A stretch of 64,000 nt of DNA. Origin: Prochlorococcus sp. AG-355-B18. Its GTDB lineage: Bacteria; Cyanobacteriota; Cyanobacteriia; PCC-6307; Cyanobiaceae. The stretch spans positions 1 to 64,000 of the forward strand of contig QCDI01000011.1 of NCBI GenBank assembly GCA_003280965.1, read 5' to 3'. Below the pieces are notes generated by a model. The model was given only the letters and a program-made list of their open reading frames with translations. It ran no database searches and was not told where the DNA came from. Shown one piece after another: positions 32,295-41,751 of this stretch (position 1 is the first letter of the stretch; each line of letters opens with the position of its first letter). Both the position numbers and the translations under genes were made by a program.

Positions 32295-33791
32295 TTATGG
32301 ATGGAAACCAAAAATGGAATTATTTCTTTTTTTGATGTCTTTTATGAAGGTAGTGTTTTTTTCATAGGCTGTTCGTTCTGGATAAATTAAGTCATTTATT
32401 TTTTTCTTAAGATTATGCTTGTCGTTTAAAAATAAGACTGATTTTTCTAGAACCTCAACCATAATTGAAACCGCAGTACTTGCTCCGGGAGATGCTCCTA
32501 ACAAAGCAGATAATGATCCATCAGATGAATTCACAATCTCAGTTCCAAATTTCAAAGAACCACCGCCTTCAGTTTTTTTAATTATTTGGACTCTTTGACC
32601 AGCATTCTTTAAATACCAATCAGAGGGATTAGCTGAAGGCATCATATTCTTTAAATTCTCAACTCTTGATTTATGGTTCTTTAGTGATTGTGATATTAGG
32701 TAATTAATTAAATCGTTGTTCTTGAAACCAACGTCTAACATAGAAAAAATATTATTTTTTTTAATTGAACTAAATAAGTCAAAGTATGAGCTTTGCCTTA
32801 AAAATTTTGTTGTAAATCCAGCAAAAGGTCCATATAAAAGAAGTTTTTTATTATCAATCCATCTGGTATCTAAATGAGGCACAGACATAGGTGGCGACCC
32901 AATATCAGCCTTGCCATAAACTTTTGAGTTATGTTTTTCTGTTAGATCTTTTTCCTCGCAAATAAGCCATTTCCCACTCACAGGAAATCCACCATAACTT
33001 TTTGCTTCTGGAATTTTCGATTTTTGCAAATAATTAATTGTTTTTCCACCAGCACCAAGAAAAACATAACCAGTTCTAATTGAAGTTTTCATCCCTTCTG
33101 AACTAATTTCTAGTTCCCATTTCTTTTTATCAATTTTCTTTAAATCTACTAATTCTGTTTTGTACCTAATTTCAACATTATTGTTTAAAGAAACTAATGA
33201 CAAATACTCTTTAGTTAAAGCCTCAAAATTAATATCTGTTCCTCTACATATCCTGGTAGCAGCAATTTTAGTCAATGGATTTCTATCTTTTGTTATTAAA
33301 GGAGCCCATGATGAGATTTCATCAAAAGATGTAGAAAATTCCATATCAATAAATTCAGGATTTTCGGTCATTTTCTGAAATCTTTTTTGTAAAAAAGAAA
33401 TATTATCCTGACCAGACACAAAGCTTATATGAGGAATAAATTTTAGAAACTTATTAATATCAATTTTCCCTGCTTCATACAATGAGGCCCATAAAGACAT
33501 GGATGTTTCAAAAGAACGATTTATTGAGAGCGCTTTATCAATTTTTATATTTCCTTTTTCATCTAAAGGGGTATAGTTTAATTCGCAATTAGCCGCATGT
33601 CCTGTACCTGCATTATTAATAGCGCCAGTACTTTCACTTCCTGGAGCATTTAATTTTTCTATAATAAGTAACTTTAAATTTGGTAAAACTTCAGAAATTA
33701 GGAGGGCTAAAGTACTACTCATTATCCCTGCTCCTACTAAGACTGCATCAAAGTAGCTATTGTCATTAGTAGGATTTTTAGATGAAGTCAC
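32295..33791 (-). CDS. mqo: Malate:quinone oxidoreductase
   Basis: [26 protein letters not shown] and LLGASPGAS. Confidence 0.95.
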   Translation of the reverse strand: MTSSKNPTNDNSYFDAVLVGAGIMSSTLALLISEVLPNLKLLIIEKLNAPGSESTGAINNAGTGHAANCELNYTPLDEKGNIKIDKALSINRSFETSMSLWASLYEAGKIDINKFLKFIPHISFVSGQDNISFLQKRFQKMTENPEFIDMEFSTSFDEISSWAPLITKDRNPLTKIAATRICRGTDINFEALTKEYLSLVSLNNNVEIRYKTELVDLKKIDKKKWELEISSEGMKTSIRTGYVFLGAGGKTINYLQKSKIPEAKSYGGFPVSGKWLICEEKDLTEKHNSKVYGKADIGSPPMSVPHLDTRWIDNKKLLLYGPFAGFTTKFLRQSSYFDLFSSIKKNNIFSMLDVGFKNNDLINYLISQSLKNHKSRVENLKNMMPSANPSDWYLKNAGQRVQIIKKTEGGGSLKFGTEIVNSSDGSLSALLGASPGASTAVSIMVEVLEKSVLFLNDKHNLKKKINDLIYPERTAYEKNTTFIKDIKKRNNSIFGFHP

Positions 33792-33861
33792 AACAGAAAA
33801 TTATCTTTTTTGCAATTAATCAGATTTCTTTCTAGGCTTATTATAAAGTTAATCCAAAATT

Positions 33862-34107
33862 ATGAGTACTGAAACACTCTCGCTGACAAACGAAAATGTA
33901 GAAAAAGTCCTTGACGAGCTAAGACCTTTTTTAATTTCTGATGGAGGTAATGTAGAGATTGCAGAAATAGATGGTCCAATTGTCAAAGTCAGACTTCAAG
34001 GAGCATGTGGAAGTTGCCCAAGTAGCACTATGACTCTAAAAATGGGCATTGAAAGAAAGTTAAAAGAAATGATTCCTGAAATAAGCGAAGTTGTCCAGGT
34101 TTTATAA
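33862..34107 (+). CDS. nfuA: NifU/NfuA Fe-S scaffold
   Basis: RP..ISDGG and [11 protein letters not shown]. Confidence 0.9.
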   Translation: MSTETLSLTNENVEKVLDELRPFLISDGGNVEIAEIDGPIVKVRLQGACGSCPSSTMTLKMGIERKLKEMIPEISEVVQVL

Positions 34108-34131
34108 AAAATTTTTTTACTGAAATATATA

Positions 34132-34389
34132 TTATTTAGTTTTTAATTCCTTCAACAAAGATGATTCCATATCAAGGCAATCAATTGGAAGTCCTTGACC
34201 AATAGCGATTAAAAGAGGTGCAAGAATTCCTAAAGTAAAAACTAAATTTGATTGGCTTACTTCATATTTACTCAAAGTAAAAGTTATCAAATAAATAATT
34301 GAAAAATACGCATGTAGTGAAAAAAATTCTTTTGGCTTTAACACTGGCCACCTTAAAGTATTTCCCAAGAAATATAAAAAACCTGTCAT
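34132..34389 (-). CDS. Small hypothetical membrane protein
   Basis: ATG-started ORF with two hydrophobic segments, in intergenic space. Confidence 0.65.
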   Translation of the reverse strand: MTGFLYFLGNTLRWPVLKPKEFFSLHAYFSIIYLITFTLSKYEVSQSNLVFTLGILAPLLIAIGQGLPIDCLDMESSLLKELKTK

Positions 34390-34539
34390 AAATAAATAGT
34401 TACATGAAGATTAAACCAAATATAAACATAAACCTTTTTAGAGACTATTTAAAAAAAAATTTACCTAAGATAATAATTAAAAAAACATTAAATCTTCGTT
34501 TCTATTTGTAAAAGCTAGACATCCCTAGAATAATACGCT

Positions 34540-34565
34540 TATAATTATTTTGTAGCATTTGCTAC
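34540..34565 (+). promoter_or_regulatory. -10 box (TATAAT 34540-34545) and NtcA box GTA-N8-TAC (34552-34565) over the predicted TSS
   Basis: TATAAT-TATTTT-GTAGCATTTGCTAC is an exact GTAN8TAC match and near-palindromic. Confidence 0.75.
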
Positions 34566-34569
34566 TTTT

Positions 34570-34626
34570 CGTTCACCCTCAATTGAGGGCGCAGTTCGAG
34601 TCATACCATGGAACGGGGGATGGCCG
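34570..34626 (+). ncRNA. Glutamine-II (Downstream-peptide) riboswitch
   Basis: CGTTCA-CCCTC/AATT/GAGGG-CGCAGTTCGAG...CCATGGAACGGGG; CGTTC/GAACG closing stem; immediately 5' of a DUF4278 ORF. Confidence 0.88.
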
Positions 34627-34643
34627 TGTTGTCACATCGAAAC

Positions 34644-34817
34644 ATGACTACTTTAACTTACAGAGGTAAAAACTACGTTCAAAACAAAGAAGCTGCTAAA
34701 AAGCAACTTGTTGAACTTACCTACAGAAGAAACGTATACACCAACAGAATGGATGACGCTTCTTCAAGTAATGAAAAAGCAGAATTAAATTACAGAGGTG
34801 TTAATTACACTAAATAA
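34644..34817 (+). CDS. DUF4278-family small protein (57 aa)
   Basis: MTTLTYRGKNY...LTYRRNVY...LNYRGVNYTK. The ATG at 34644 is preferred to 34608, which lies inside the riboswitch. Confidence 0.85.
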   Translation: MTTLTYRGKNYVQNKEAAKKQLVELTYRRNVYTNRMDDASSSNEKAELNYRGVNYTK

Positions 34818-34833
34818 TTTAATTAAACAAATT

Positions 34834-34862
34834 AAAAGCCCCTTTCTCAGGGGCTTTTTTTT
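34834..34862 (+). terminator. Rho-independent terminator
   Basis: AAAAGCCCCT-TTCTC-AGGGGC followed by T8. Confidence 0.9.
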
Positions 34863-34893
34863 GGCTATATTTATCAATAGTCCTTTAAAAAAT

Positions 34894-35688
34894 ATGTCTG
34901 AAAGTTGCTGTAATACAAACACATCTAAAAAAGCATCTAATCAAATCGATCATAAAGATGCGATTCAAGAAAGATATGGTTCAGCCGCACTAGAAAAAGA
35001 AAGTTGTCTTTGTACACCAGTTGGGTTTAATCCGATTTTACTTGAAGCAATTCCTAAAGAGGTTATAGAAAGAGACTATGGATGTGGTGATCCAACAAAA
35101 TATGTTCAAAAAAATGATATAGTCTTAGATCTTGGAAGTGGTAGCGGCAAAAATGCCTTTATTTGTGCCCAAATTGTTGGAAAAGAAGGGAAAGTTATTG
35201 GAGTGGATCAGAATCCTGACATGCTTTGTTTATCAAGATCAGCCTCTAAAGAATTCACAAAAAATATAGGTTTTAACAATACAGAATTTCTTGAAGGATC
35301 AATTGAAAAACTTGATGAATTAGATAAAGATTTAAATCCATTAGTCGCCGACAAATCAGTTGATATCATTTTGAGTAATTGCGTTTTAAACTTGGTAAGT
35401 CCAGAATCTAGAAATAACCTTCTAAGAAATATAAAAAGAGTTTTAAACAATAACGGAAGGATTGCAATTAGCGATATTGTCTCTAACAAAAAGGTTCCTT
35501 TAAGATTGCAAAATGATCATGATCTATGGACAGGATGTATTAGTGGAGCATGGTATGAACCAGACTTTATAAGTGACTTTAAAGAACTAGGATTTAAAAA
35601 TTTAGAATTTGCAGAAAGGAGTGATGAACCTTGGAAAGTAATTGAGGATATTGAATTTAGAACAGTAACTTTAGTAGGCAATATTTAG
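34894..35688 (+). CDS. SAM-dependent methyltransferase, arsenite methyltransferase (ArsM)-like
   Basis: YGCGDP, LDLGSGSG, SNCVLNL and GCISGA Cys motifs. Start moved to the ATG at 34894, after the terminator. Confidence 0.8.
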   Translation: MSESCCNTNTSKKASNQIDHKDAIQERYGSAALEKESCLCTPVGFNPILLEAIPKEVIERDYGCGDPTKYVQKNDIVLDLGSGSGKNAFICAQIVGKEGKVIGVDQNPDMLCLSRSASKEFTKNIGFNNTEFLEGSIEKLDELDKDLNPLVADKSVDIILSNCVLNLVSPESRNNLLRNIKRVLNNNGRIAISDIVSNKKVPLRLQNDHDLWTGCISGAWYEPDFISDFKELGFKNLEFAERSDEPWKVIEDIEFRTVTLVGNI

Positions 35689-35725
35689 AAAATTCAAGAA
35701 TTTAAAAATATAATTTAAATTTTCC

Positions 35726-36901
35726 ATGATAAATAATTTAAGAGACCAAATACCCGCATTAAAAAATAAGTATTATTTCAACTATGGAGGTCAAGGACCA
35801 TTACCAAAATCTTCTCTAGAAGCAATAGTCAAAACTTGGGAAATTATCCAAGATTTAGGACCATTTACCAATGATATGTGGCCTTTTATTTACAAAGAAA
35901 TATTGACCACCAAAAGAATAATTGCGCAAAAGTTAGGTGTCAATTCAAAGAATGTAGCTTTAACCGAGAATATCTCTTCTGGTATGATTTTGCCTTTTTG
36001 GGGAATAAAGGTAGAAGAGGGAGAAGAGTTGTTAATAAGTGACTGTGAACATCCTGGAGTAGTTGCTGCAAGTCGAGAATTTTGCAGAAGAAATAAATTA
36101 ATATTGAAAATTTTGCCAATCCAAAAAATTAAAAATCTAAACGACGAAAATTTAATTTTAGAGATTTTAAAAAATATCAATAGTAAGACTAAGATCCTAA
36201 TTATTTCTCATATTTTGTGGAACTTTGGATATAAAATCCCCTTAAAACAAATTTCCATCGAATTAAAAAATAATCGAGAAAACTCTTATTTACTTGTTGA
36301 TGGTGCTCAAACCTTTGGGCACATAAAAATTGAAGAAGAGGTTTTTTATTCTGATTTATATTCAATAACTTCCCATAAGTGGGCATGTGGACCAGAAGGT
36401 CTTGGAGCAATTTATGTCTCAGATAGATTTATTCATGAAACAGATCCAACAATAATTGGTTGGAAATCATTAAAAAAAGAACAAGGAATCTATGAGCCTT
36501 CAGATAATCTTTTTCATGATGATGCAAGGAAGTTTGAAGTAGCTACCTCTTGTATTCCTTTACTTGCAGGGCTGCGTAATTCTTTAGATCTTTTAGATAA
36601 AGACTGCAATGAAAAAGAAAAGAGAAAAAATATAAAAAGATTAAGTGAGAAACTTTGGGATGAATTAAATCAATTAAAAGAAATTGAATTAGTTTTAGAA
36701 AAAAAATACTTAAATGGGATTGTTAGTTTTAATGTTGAAAATATCAAGGATAAGGAAAAATTCGTAAGGAAACTTGGAGAAAAAAAAATTTGGATTAGAG
36801 TTTTAGAAGATCCAAAATGGTTTAGAGCATGCATACATCAAATGACAACAGAAGCAGAGCTGGATTTACTTTCTAAAGAAATAAAAAAAATATTGACTTA
36901 A
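35726..36901 (+). CDS. Class V PLP enzyme, L-cyst(e)ine lyase (C-DES-like)
   Basis: YFNYGGQGPLP, DGAQ and SHKWACGPEG. Confidence 0.85.
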   Translation: MINNLRDQIPALKNKYYFNYGGQGPLPKSSLEAIVKTWEIIQDLGPFTNDMWPFIYKEILTTKRIIAQKLGVNSKNVALTENISSGMILPFWGIKVEEGEELLISDCEHPGVVAASREFCRRNKLILKILPIQKIKNLNDENLILEILKNINSKTKILIISHILWNFGYKIPLKQISIELKNNRENSYLLVDGAQTFGHIKIEEEVFYSDLYSITSHKWACGPEGLGAIYVSDRFIHETDPTIIGWKSLKKEQGIYEPSDNLFHDDARKFEVATSCIPLLAGLRNSLDLLDKDCNEKEKRKNIKRLSEKLWDELNQLKEIELVLEKKYLNGIVSFNVENIKDKEKFVRKLGEKKIWIRVLEDPKWFRACIHQMTTEAELDLLSKEIKKILT

Positions 36902-36931
36902 AGATCAATTGATATAAAGATAAAATTTATT

Positions 36932-37636
36932 TTACCAAGGTATCTCAGAGCTGTCCCATGCAATAAATTTTCCAGTAGATACAGGAGTTTGATTTTTAAT
37001 AATATTGATTAAAAATTGGGATGATTTTTCTTTACTGAATAATTTATGCTCTGGCACAAATTTATGAAAAGGTCTAGATAAATCAGTATCTACTGTGCCT
37101 GGATGAAGTAATGTAATAGTAGCCTTTGGGAAACGTCTAGCCCACTCAATACTTAAAGATTTAAAAAACTGATTTTGTGCTGATTTTGCAGCTCTATATG
37201 AATACCATCCTCCAGTTTGATTATCTCCAATGCTTCCTACTCTTGCACTTATACTTGCAAAATTAAAATTAATATCTTTTGGTATAAATTCTTCAATAGT
37301 TTTAGCTAACAAAATAGGAGAAAAGGCATTTATTGAAAAACTTTCCATCATATTTTTTTTATCAAGATGTTGTAATCTTTTTTCTGGTTGAAGAGAATCA
37401 CTATGTAGTCTCCCTGTAGCGTTAATAACTAGTCTTAAATTTGAAGGATGATTTGATATTTTATTTTTCAACTGCAACAGGGATTGAGAATCCTCTATGT
37501 CTAATGACCAAAAAGAATTAAATTCACTTTTTCTTCCACACAAAACAACATCTAAATCTTTTTCACTTTCATTCAGATCTTTAGCTAGTTGTGTTCCAAT
37601 TCCACCTGCGCCTACAACTAAGGCTAAGCCTTTCAT
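36932..37636 (-). CDS. Short-chain dehydrogenase, CsgA/C-factor-like
   Basis: GAGGIG, SARVGSIGDN..GGWYSYRAAK and HPGTVDT. Confidence 0.88.
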   Translation of the reverse strand: MKGLALVVGAGGIGTQLAKDLNESEKDLDVVLCGRKSEFNSFWSLDIEDSQSLLQLKNKISNHPSNLRLVINATGRLHSDSLQPEKRLQHLDKKNMMESFSINAFSPILLAKTIEEFIPKDINFNFASISARVGSIGDNQTGGWYSYRAAKSAQNQFFKSLSIEWARRFPKATITLLHPGTVDTDLSRPFHKFVPEHKLFSKEKSSQFLINIIKNQTPVSTGKFIAWDSSEIPW

Positions 37637-37716
37637 TTTATTTAAAATAACTTCACTGATTCTAAGAAACTTTTCTTGTGATTTGTGTAAAGATCTTTCT
37701 TATTTGATTAGGAAAT

Positions 37717-39252
37717 TTATTGTGATTTACTTTTTTCTTTTAATAATTTATAAGCTATTTTTCTATCATCAAAATTAATAACCTTATCATTGAGAATTTG
37801 GTAGTCTTCATGTCCTTTTCCTGCAATTAAAACAATATCTTCTTTATTAGCAAATTGAATAGATTCATTTATTGCTTGAAATCTATCAATCTCAATTGTT
37901 ATATTTTCTCTTTTTTTTATACCCATCAAAATATCATTTACTATCTTTTGGGGTTCTTCTGATCTTGGATTATCTGAAGTTATAAAAAGTTGATCAGAAA
38001 ACTCTTCAGCTATTGATCCCATTAAAGGCCTTTTACTACGGTCTCGATCTCCACCACAACCAAAAACAGTTATGAGTTTCCCTTCACAAAGTTTCTTAAT
38101 TGATTGCAAAACTTTTTTTAATCCATCAGGAGTGTGGGCATAATCAACAATTACGGTTGGAAGAGATCTTAAAACGACATCTTCATCAATTTGTATTTTC
38201 TCCATTCTCCCGGGAGCACCAGGGAAATATTGTATTAACTTTGATAGATCTTTTAAAGAAAAATTAAGTTTATACAAAATTGTTATTGCTTGAATCGAAT
38301 TCATTAAATTAAATTCACCGACAAGTGGAACAAAAAGTTGAATTTTTTCCCTAGGTGTATGAAAAATACAGGTGGACCCACTTTCAGTAAATTTTTTATC
38401 TGTTACGAAAAAAAAATCATCATTTTCAAATTCACTTTCAGTAATCTTTGTAGAGACTAATGAAGATCTTTTTTCAAGATCAGATGATAATTTAGATATC
38501 CAATGGTCATCATTATTTAATACACAAATTCCATCTTTTTCATTCAAGTAAGGTGAGAAAAATAATTTTCTTTTTGTTTGAAAATATGATTCCATATCTG
38601 AGTGATAATCAAGATGATCTTGAGTTAAATTAGTAAAAATAGCCGCCTCAAATTCGCATCCTGATATCCTGTTTTGAGCAATAGAATGAGAACTTACCTC
38701 TAATATCGCGAATTCAGATTCTGCTTCAACAGCAGCATTTAATTTCTTTTGAAGTTTATCGGCGAAATCAGTTGTATGAGAAGCCACTTCAGAGAAGCCA
38801 GGCCATCTATTGAACAAAGTACCAAATAATGCAGTCTTTTTCCCTAATTTTTTTAAAAGATATTCCAATAAAAAAGTAATTGTAGTTTTCCCATTTGTAC
38901 CCGTAACACCAATAAGTTTAAGTTTTCTTGAAGGCCTATTCCAAAACTCAGCGACTATTTGACCAAAAATATAATCTAAATTATCCTCTATAACCAAAAT
39001 CCTTTCTCGATCAATAGATCCAATTTTCTCTTTTGCAGCAGACCCAATAATGGCAGCCTCTGCGCCATTTTCAATTGCCTCAATACAATATTTTCCTCCA
39101 TCAACATTTAAACCAGGCATACCTAAAAATAAAGTTCCTTTTTGTACTTCTTTTGAGTTAAATGAGATATTATTGATTTCATGATCGATTAAATCTGATG
39201 AAGGAATAATTCCTACCAAATCTAAAAGTTTATGTAATTTTATAGATCTCAT
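37717..39252 (-). CDS. murE: UDP-MurNAc-dipeptide:meso-DAP ligase
   Basis: GVTGTNGKTT, DYAHTPD, GCGGDRD and DNPR. Confidence 0.96.
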   Translation of the reverse strand: MRSIKLHKLLDLVGIIPSSDLIDHEINNISFNSKEVQKGTLFLGMPGLNVDGGKYCIEAIENGAEAAIIGSAAKEKIGSIDRERILVIEDNLDYIFGQIVAEFWNRPSRKLKLIGVTGTNGKTTITFLLEYLLKKLGKKTALFGTLFNRWPGFSEVASHTTDFADKLQKKLNAAVEAESEFAILEVSSHSIAQNRISGCEFEAAIFTNLTQDHLDYHSDMESYFQTKRKLFFSPYLNEKDGICVLNNDDHWISKLSSDLEKRSSLVSTKITESEFENDDFFFVTDKKFTESGSTCIFHTPREKIQLFVPLVGEFNLMNSIQAITILYKLNFSLKDLSKLIQYFPGAPGRMEKIQIDEDVVLRSLPTVIVDYAHTPDGLKKVLQSIKKLCEGKLITVFGCGGDRDRSKRPLMGSIAEEFSDQLFITSDNPRSEEPQKIVNDILMGIKKRENITIEIDRFQAINESIQFANKEDIVLIAGKGHEDYQILNDKVINFDDRKIAYKLLKEKSKSQ

Positions 39253-39261
39253 ATAAAAAAA

Positions 39262-39564
39262 TTATTTCTCCAGAATGGTACTAATATTTTTTTGAAACCA
39301 ATTCTTTAATTGATCATCTTTTAATCTTGGAGAAATGCGAGGCAATTCTATAATCTCCTCGGACCTATTTCCTTCAACAGCAATAACAGGTACTTCATGA
39401 TCATATTTTTTATATTTATCTTTATATAAATCGACCCTATCAATATCAATTTCTTTAAGATCCTCTAGATTAGGGAATAACTCATTAAGATTTATTTTTG
39501 CAAGTTTGTTTTTTAATGAATCACAAAGGCAACATCCCTGCCTAACAAAAATAAATATTTTCAT
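39262..39564 (-). CDS. Glutaredoxin-like protein (DUF836)
   Basis: RQGCCLC and EVPV. Confidence 0.8.
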   Translation of the reverse strand: MKIFIFVRQGCCLCDSLKNKLAKINLNELFPNLEDLKEIDIDRVDLYKDKYKKYDHEVPVIAVEGNRSEEIIELPRISPRLKDDQLKNWFQKNISTILEK

Positions 39565-39568
39565 TCAT

Positions 39569-39805
39569 TTAGTCAGGCACAGGGTCACATCCACAGGGAG
39601 TTAAAGGATGACATCTGCTTAATCTTCTTAAAGTTAACCACCCTCCCTTCCAAGGACCATGTCTATTAATTGCCTCATATCCATAAGAGCTGCAACTTGG
39701 AATAAATCTGCATCTTGGTCCAAAAAAAGGAGAAAACCACTTTTGATAAAACGAGATCATAAAAAGAAGTATAGAAGTAATTGATTTATTAATAGTATTG
39801 AACAC
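39569..39805 (-). CDS. yidD: Membrane protein insertion efficiency factor
   Basis: CRFIPSCS and RLSRCHP. Confidence 0.93.
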   Translation of the reverse strand: MFNTINKSITSILLFMISFYQKWFSPFFGPRCRFIPSCSSYGYEAINRHGPWKGGWLTLRRLSRCHPLTPCGCDPVPD

Positions 39806-39900
39806 TTTAATGATGTAAAATGGTAATTCCTGTAGTAATTAGTTTAATTGAATTTAATCAATTATCCAATTTATTGCAAATTTCTATTTAATTTTAAATT

Positions 39901-40509
39901 ATGTCAAGATACCGCGGCCCCAGATTAAGGGTTACGCGTCGCTTGGGAGAACTACCAGGTCTCACCAGGAAAGCTTCAAAGAAGTCTAATCCTCCAGGTC
40001 AGCACGGCCAAGCCCGTCGCAAGCGATCAGAATATGCAATTCGTCTAGAAGAAAAGCAGAAACTAAGGTTTAATTATGGAGTTTCTGAAAAACAACTAGT
40101 ACGTTATGTAAAAAAAGCTAGAGCTCAAGAAGGATCTACAGGAACTAACCTACTAAGACTTTTAGAAAACAGACTTGATAATGTTTGTTTTAGATTAGGT
40201 TTTGGAGGTACCATTCCAGGCTCAAGACAATTAGTAAATCATGGCCATGTAACCGTTAATGGAAAGGTTCTTGATATTGCTGGTTATCAATGCAAATCAG
40301 GCGATGTAATCGGTATTAAAGAAAACAAAGCAAGCAAAAAACTTGTAGAAGGTAATATAGAATTCCCTGGTTTAGCAAATGTCCCACCTCATCTTGATTT
40401 AGACAAACCTAAATTAACGGGAAAAATAAATGGAAAATGCGATAGAGAGTGGGTGGCTCTTGAAATAAACGAACTACTAGTTGTTGAATATTATTCAAGA
40501 AAAGTCTAA
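39901..40509 (+). CDS. rpsD: 30S ribosomal protein S4
   Basis: [16 protein letters not shown] and LVVEYYSR. Confidence 0.99.
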   Translation: MSRYRGPRLRVTRRLGELPGLTRKASKKSNPPGQHGQARRKRSEYAIRLEEKQKLRFNYGVSEKQLVRYVKKARAQEGSTGTNLLRLLENRLDNVCFRLGFGGTIPGSRQLVNHGHVTVNGKVLDIAGYQCKSGDVIGIKENKASKKLVEGNIEFPGLANVPPHLDLDKPKLTGKINGKCDREWVALEINELLVVEYYSRKV

Positions 40510-40528
40510 TACAACTTTTCTTTGGATT

Positions 40529-40563
40529 ATTAAATCTCTCTTTTAAAAAATGAGAGATTTAAT
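40529..40563 (+). terminator. Hairpin after rpsD, probable terminator
   Basis: ATTAAATCTCTC-N11-GAGAGATTTAAT, a 12-bp stem followed by T-rich sequence. Confidence 0.6.
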
Positions 40564-40584
40564 TTAATTCTTATTTTTAAAATA

Positions 40585-41748
40585 ATGGGAAATAAGGAAA
40601 ATAATATAAAAAAGCCAGGTTTTAAGACCCTATCAATTCACCATGGGGAAACATATGCAGAAGAAACTGGATGCGTTATGCCTCCTATTTTTTCTACATC
40701 TACTTTCAAACATGGAAATAAAGATAATTTCGACTACACCAGATCAGGCAATCCAAACTTTAGAATTTTAGAAAACATACTTAAATCAATAGAAGATTCT
40801 AAATACTGTACAGTTTTTGGATCTGGAATTAGCGCGGTAACTGCAATTTCATCAACACTAAAATCAGGTGACAAGATACTCTGCGAGTCAAATCTCTATG
40901 GTTGTACAGTGAGGATGTTCGAAAAAGTTTTCAAGAAATTTGGACTAGAAGTTTTATACACAGATTTTACAAACGAAAATAATATTAAAAAAATTTCAAA
41001 CTTTGAGCCAACCTTGATATGGCTCGAAAGTCCAACTAATCCACTTTTGAAGGTACTTGATATTAAGGCGATTTGTGATGAGGCGAATAAACTACAAATT
41101 CCAGTAGTTGTGGACAACACCTTTTCTACGGCACTTATTCAAAAACCATTAGACCTTGGTGCAACACTCTCACTCGTAAGCACAACAAAATTCATTAATG
41201 GACATAGTGATGCACTTGGTGGAGCAGTACTTACAAATAATGAGGTATGGAATAGTAAGATGCTTTTCTCTCAAAAAGCTCTAGGACTTCAACCATCTCC
41301 TTTTGATAGTTGGCTCATTACGAGAGGAGTAAAAACTCTTCCTTTAAGAATCGAACAACAAACGCAAAGTGCAAAATTAGTTTCTGAAGAATTAGAGAAT
41401 CATAAAATAATTAGTAAAGTGATTTATCCTTTTAATCAAAAACATCCGCAATTTAATTTAGCAAAATCGCAAATGAGATCTGGAGGTTCGATGATCACCA
41501 TAAAATTAAATCTTAAAAAAGAGGATACTTTTAAATTTTGCAAATCTCTCAAATATTTCTCGCTTGCAGAAAGCCTTGGAGGAGTTGAAAGTTTAATTTG
41601 TCACCCCGCAACAATGACTCATGCTTCTGTTGATGATGAAACAAAAAATCTTTTAGGTATAGATGATGCTCTTGTCAGATTATCGATTGGATGTGAAGAA
41701 ACAAACGATTTAATCTCAGATATATTATTTGCTTTAAATAAATTCTGA
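40585..41748 (+). CDS. Cystathionine gamma-synthase / beta- or gamma-lyase family
   Basis: YTRSGNP, ESPTNP, STTKFINGHSD and AESLGGVESL. Confidence 0.9.
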   Translation: MGNKENNIKKPGFKTLSIHHGETYAEETGCVMPPIFSTSTFKHGNKDNFDYTRSGNPNFRILENILKSIEDSKYCTVFGSGISAVTAISSTLKSGDKILCESNLYGCTVRMFEKVFKKFGLEVLYTDFTNENNIKKISNFEPTLIWLESPTNPLLKVLDIKAICDEANKLQIPVVVDNTFSTALIQKPLDLGATLSLVSTTKFINGHSDALGGAVLTNNEVWNSKMLFSQKALGLQPSPFDSWLITRGVKTLPLRIEQQTQSAKLVSEELENHKIISKVIYPFNQKHPQFNLAKSQMRSGGSMITIKLNLKKEDTFKFCKSLKYFSLAESLGGVESLICHPATMTHASVDDETKNLLGIDDALVRLSIGCEETNDLISDILFALNKF

Positions 41749-41751
41749 AAA

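Noticed and set aside
34608..34643. Upstream ATG for the DUF4278 ORF
   Set aside because: It lies within the riboswitch aptamer; the ATG at 34644 gives the family-like N-terminus.
34798..34893. N-terminal extension of the methyltransferase in the ORF track
   Set aside because: It spans the upstream gene's end and its terminator.
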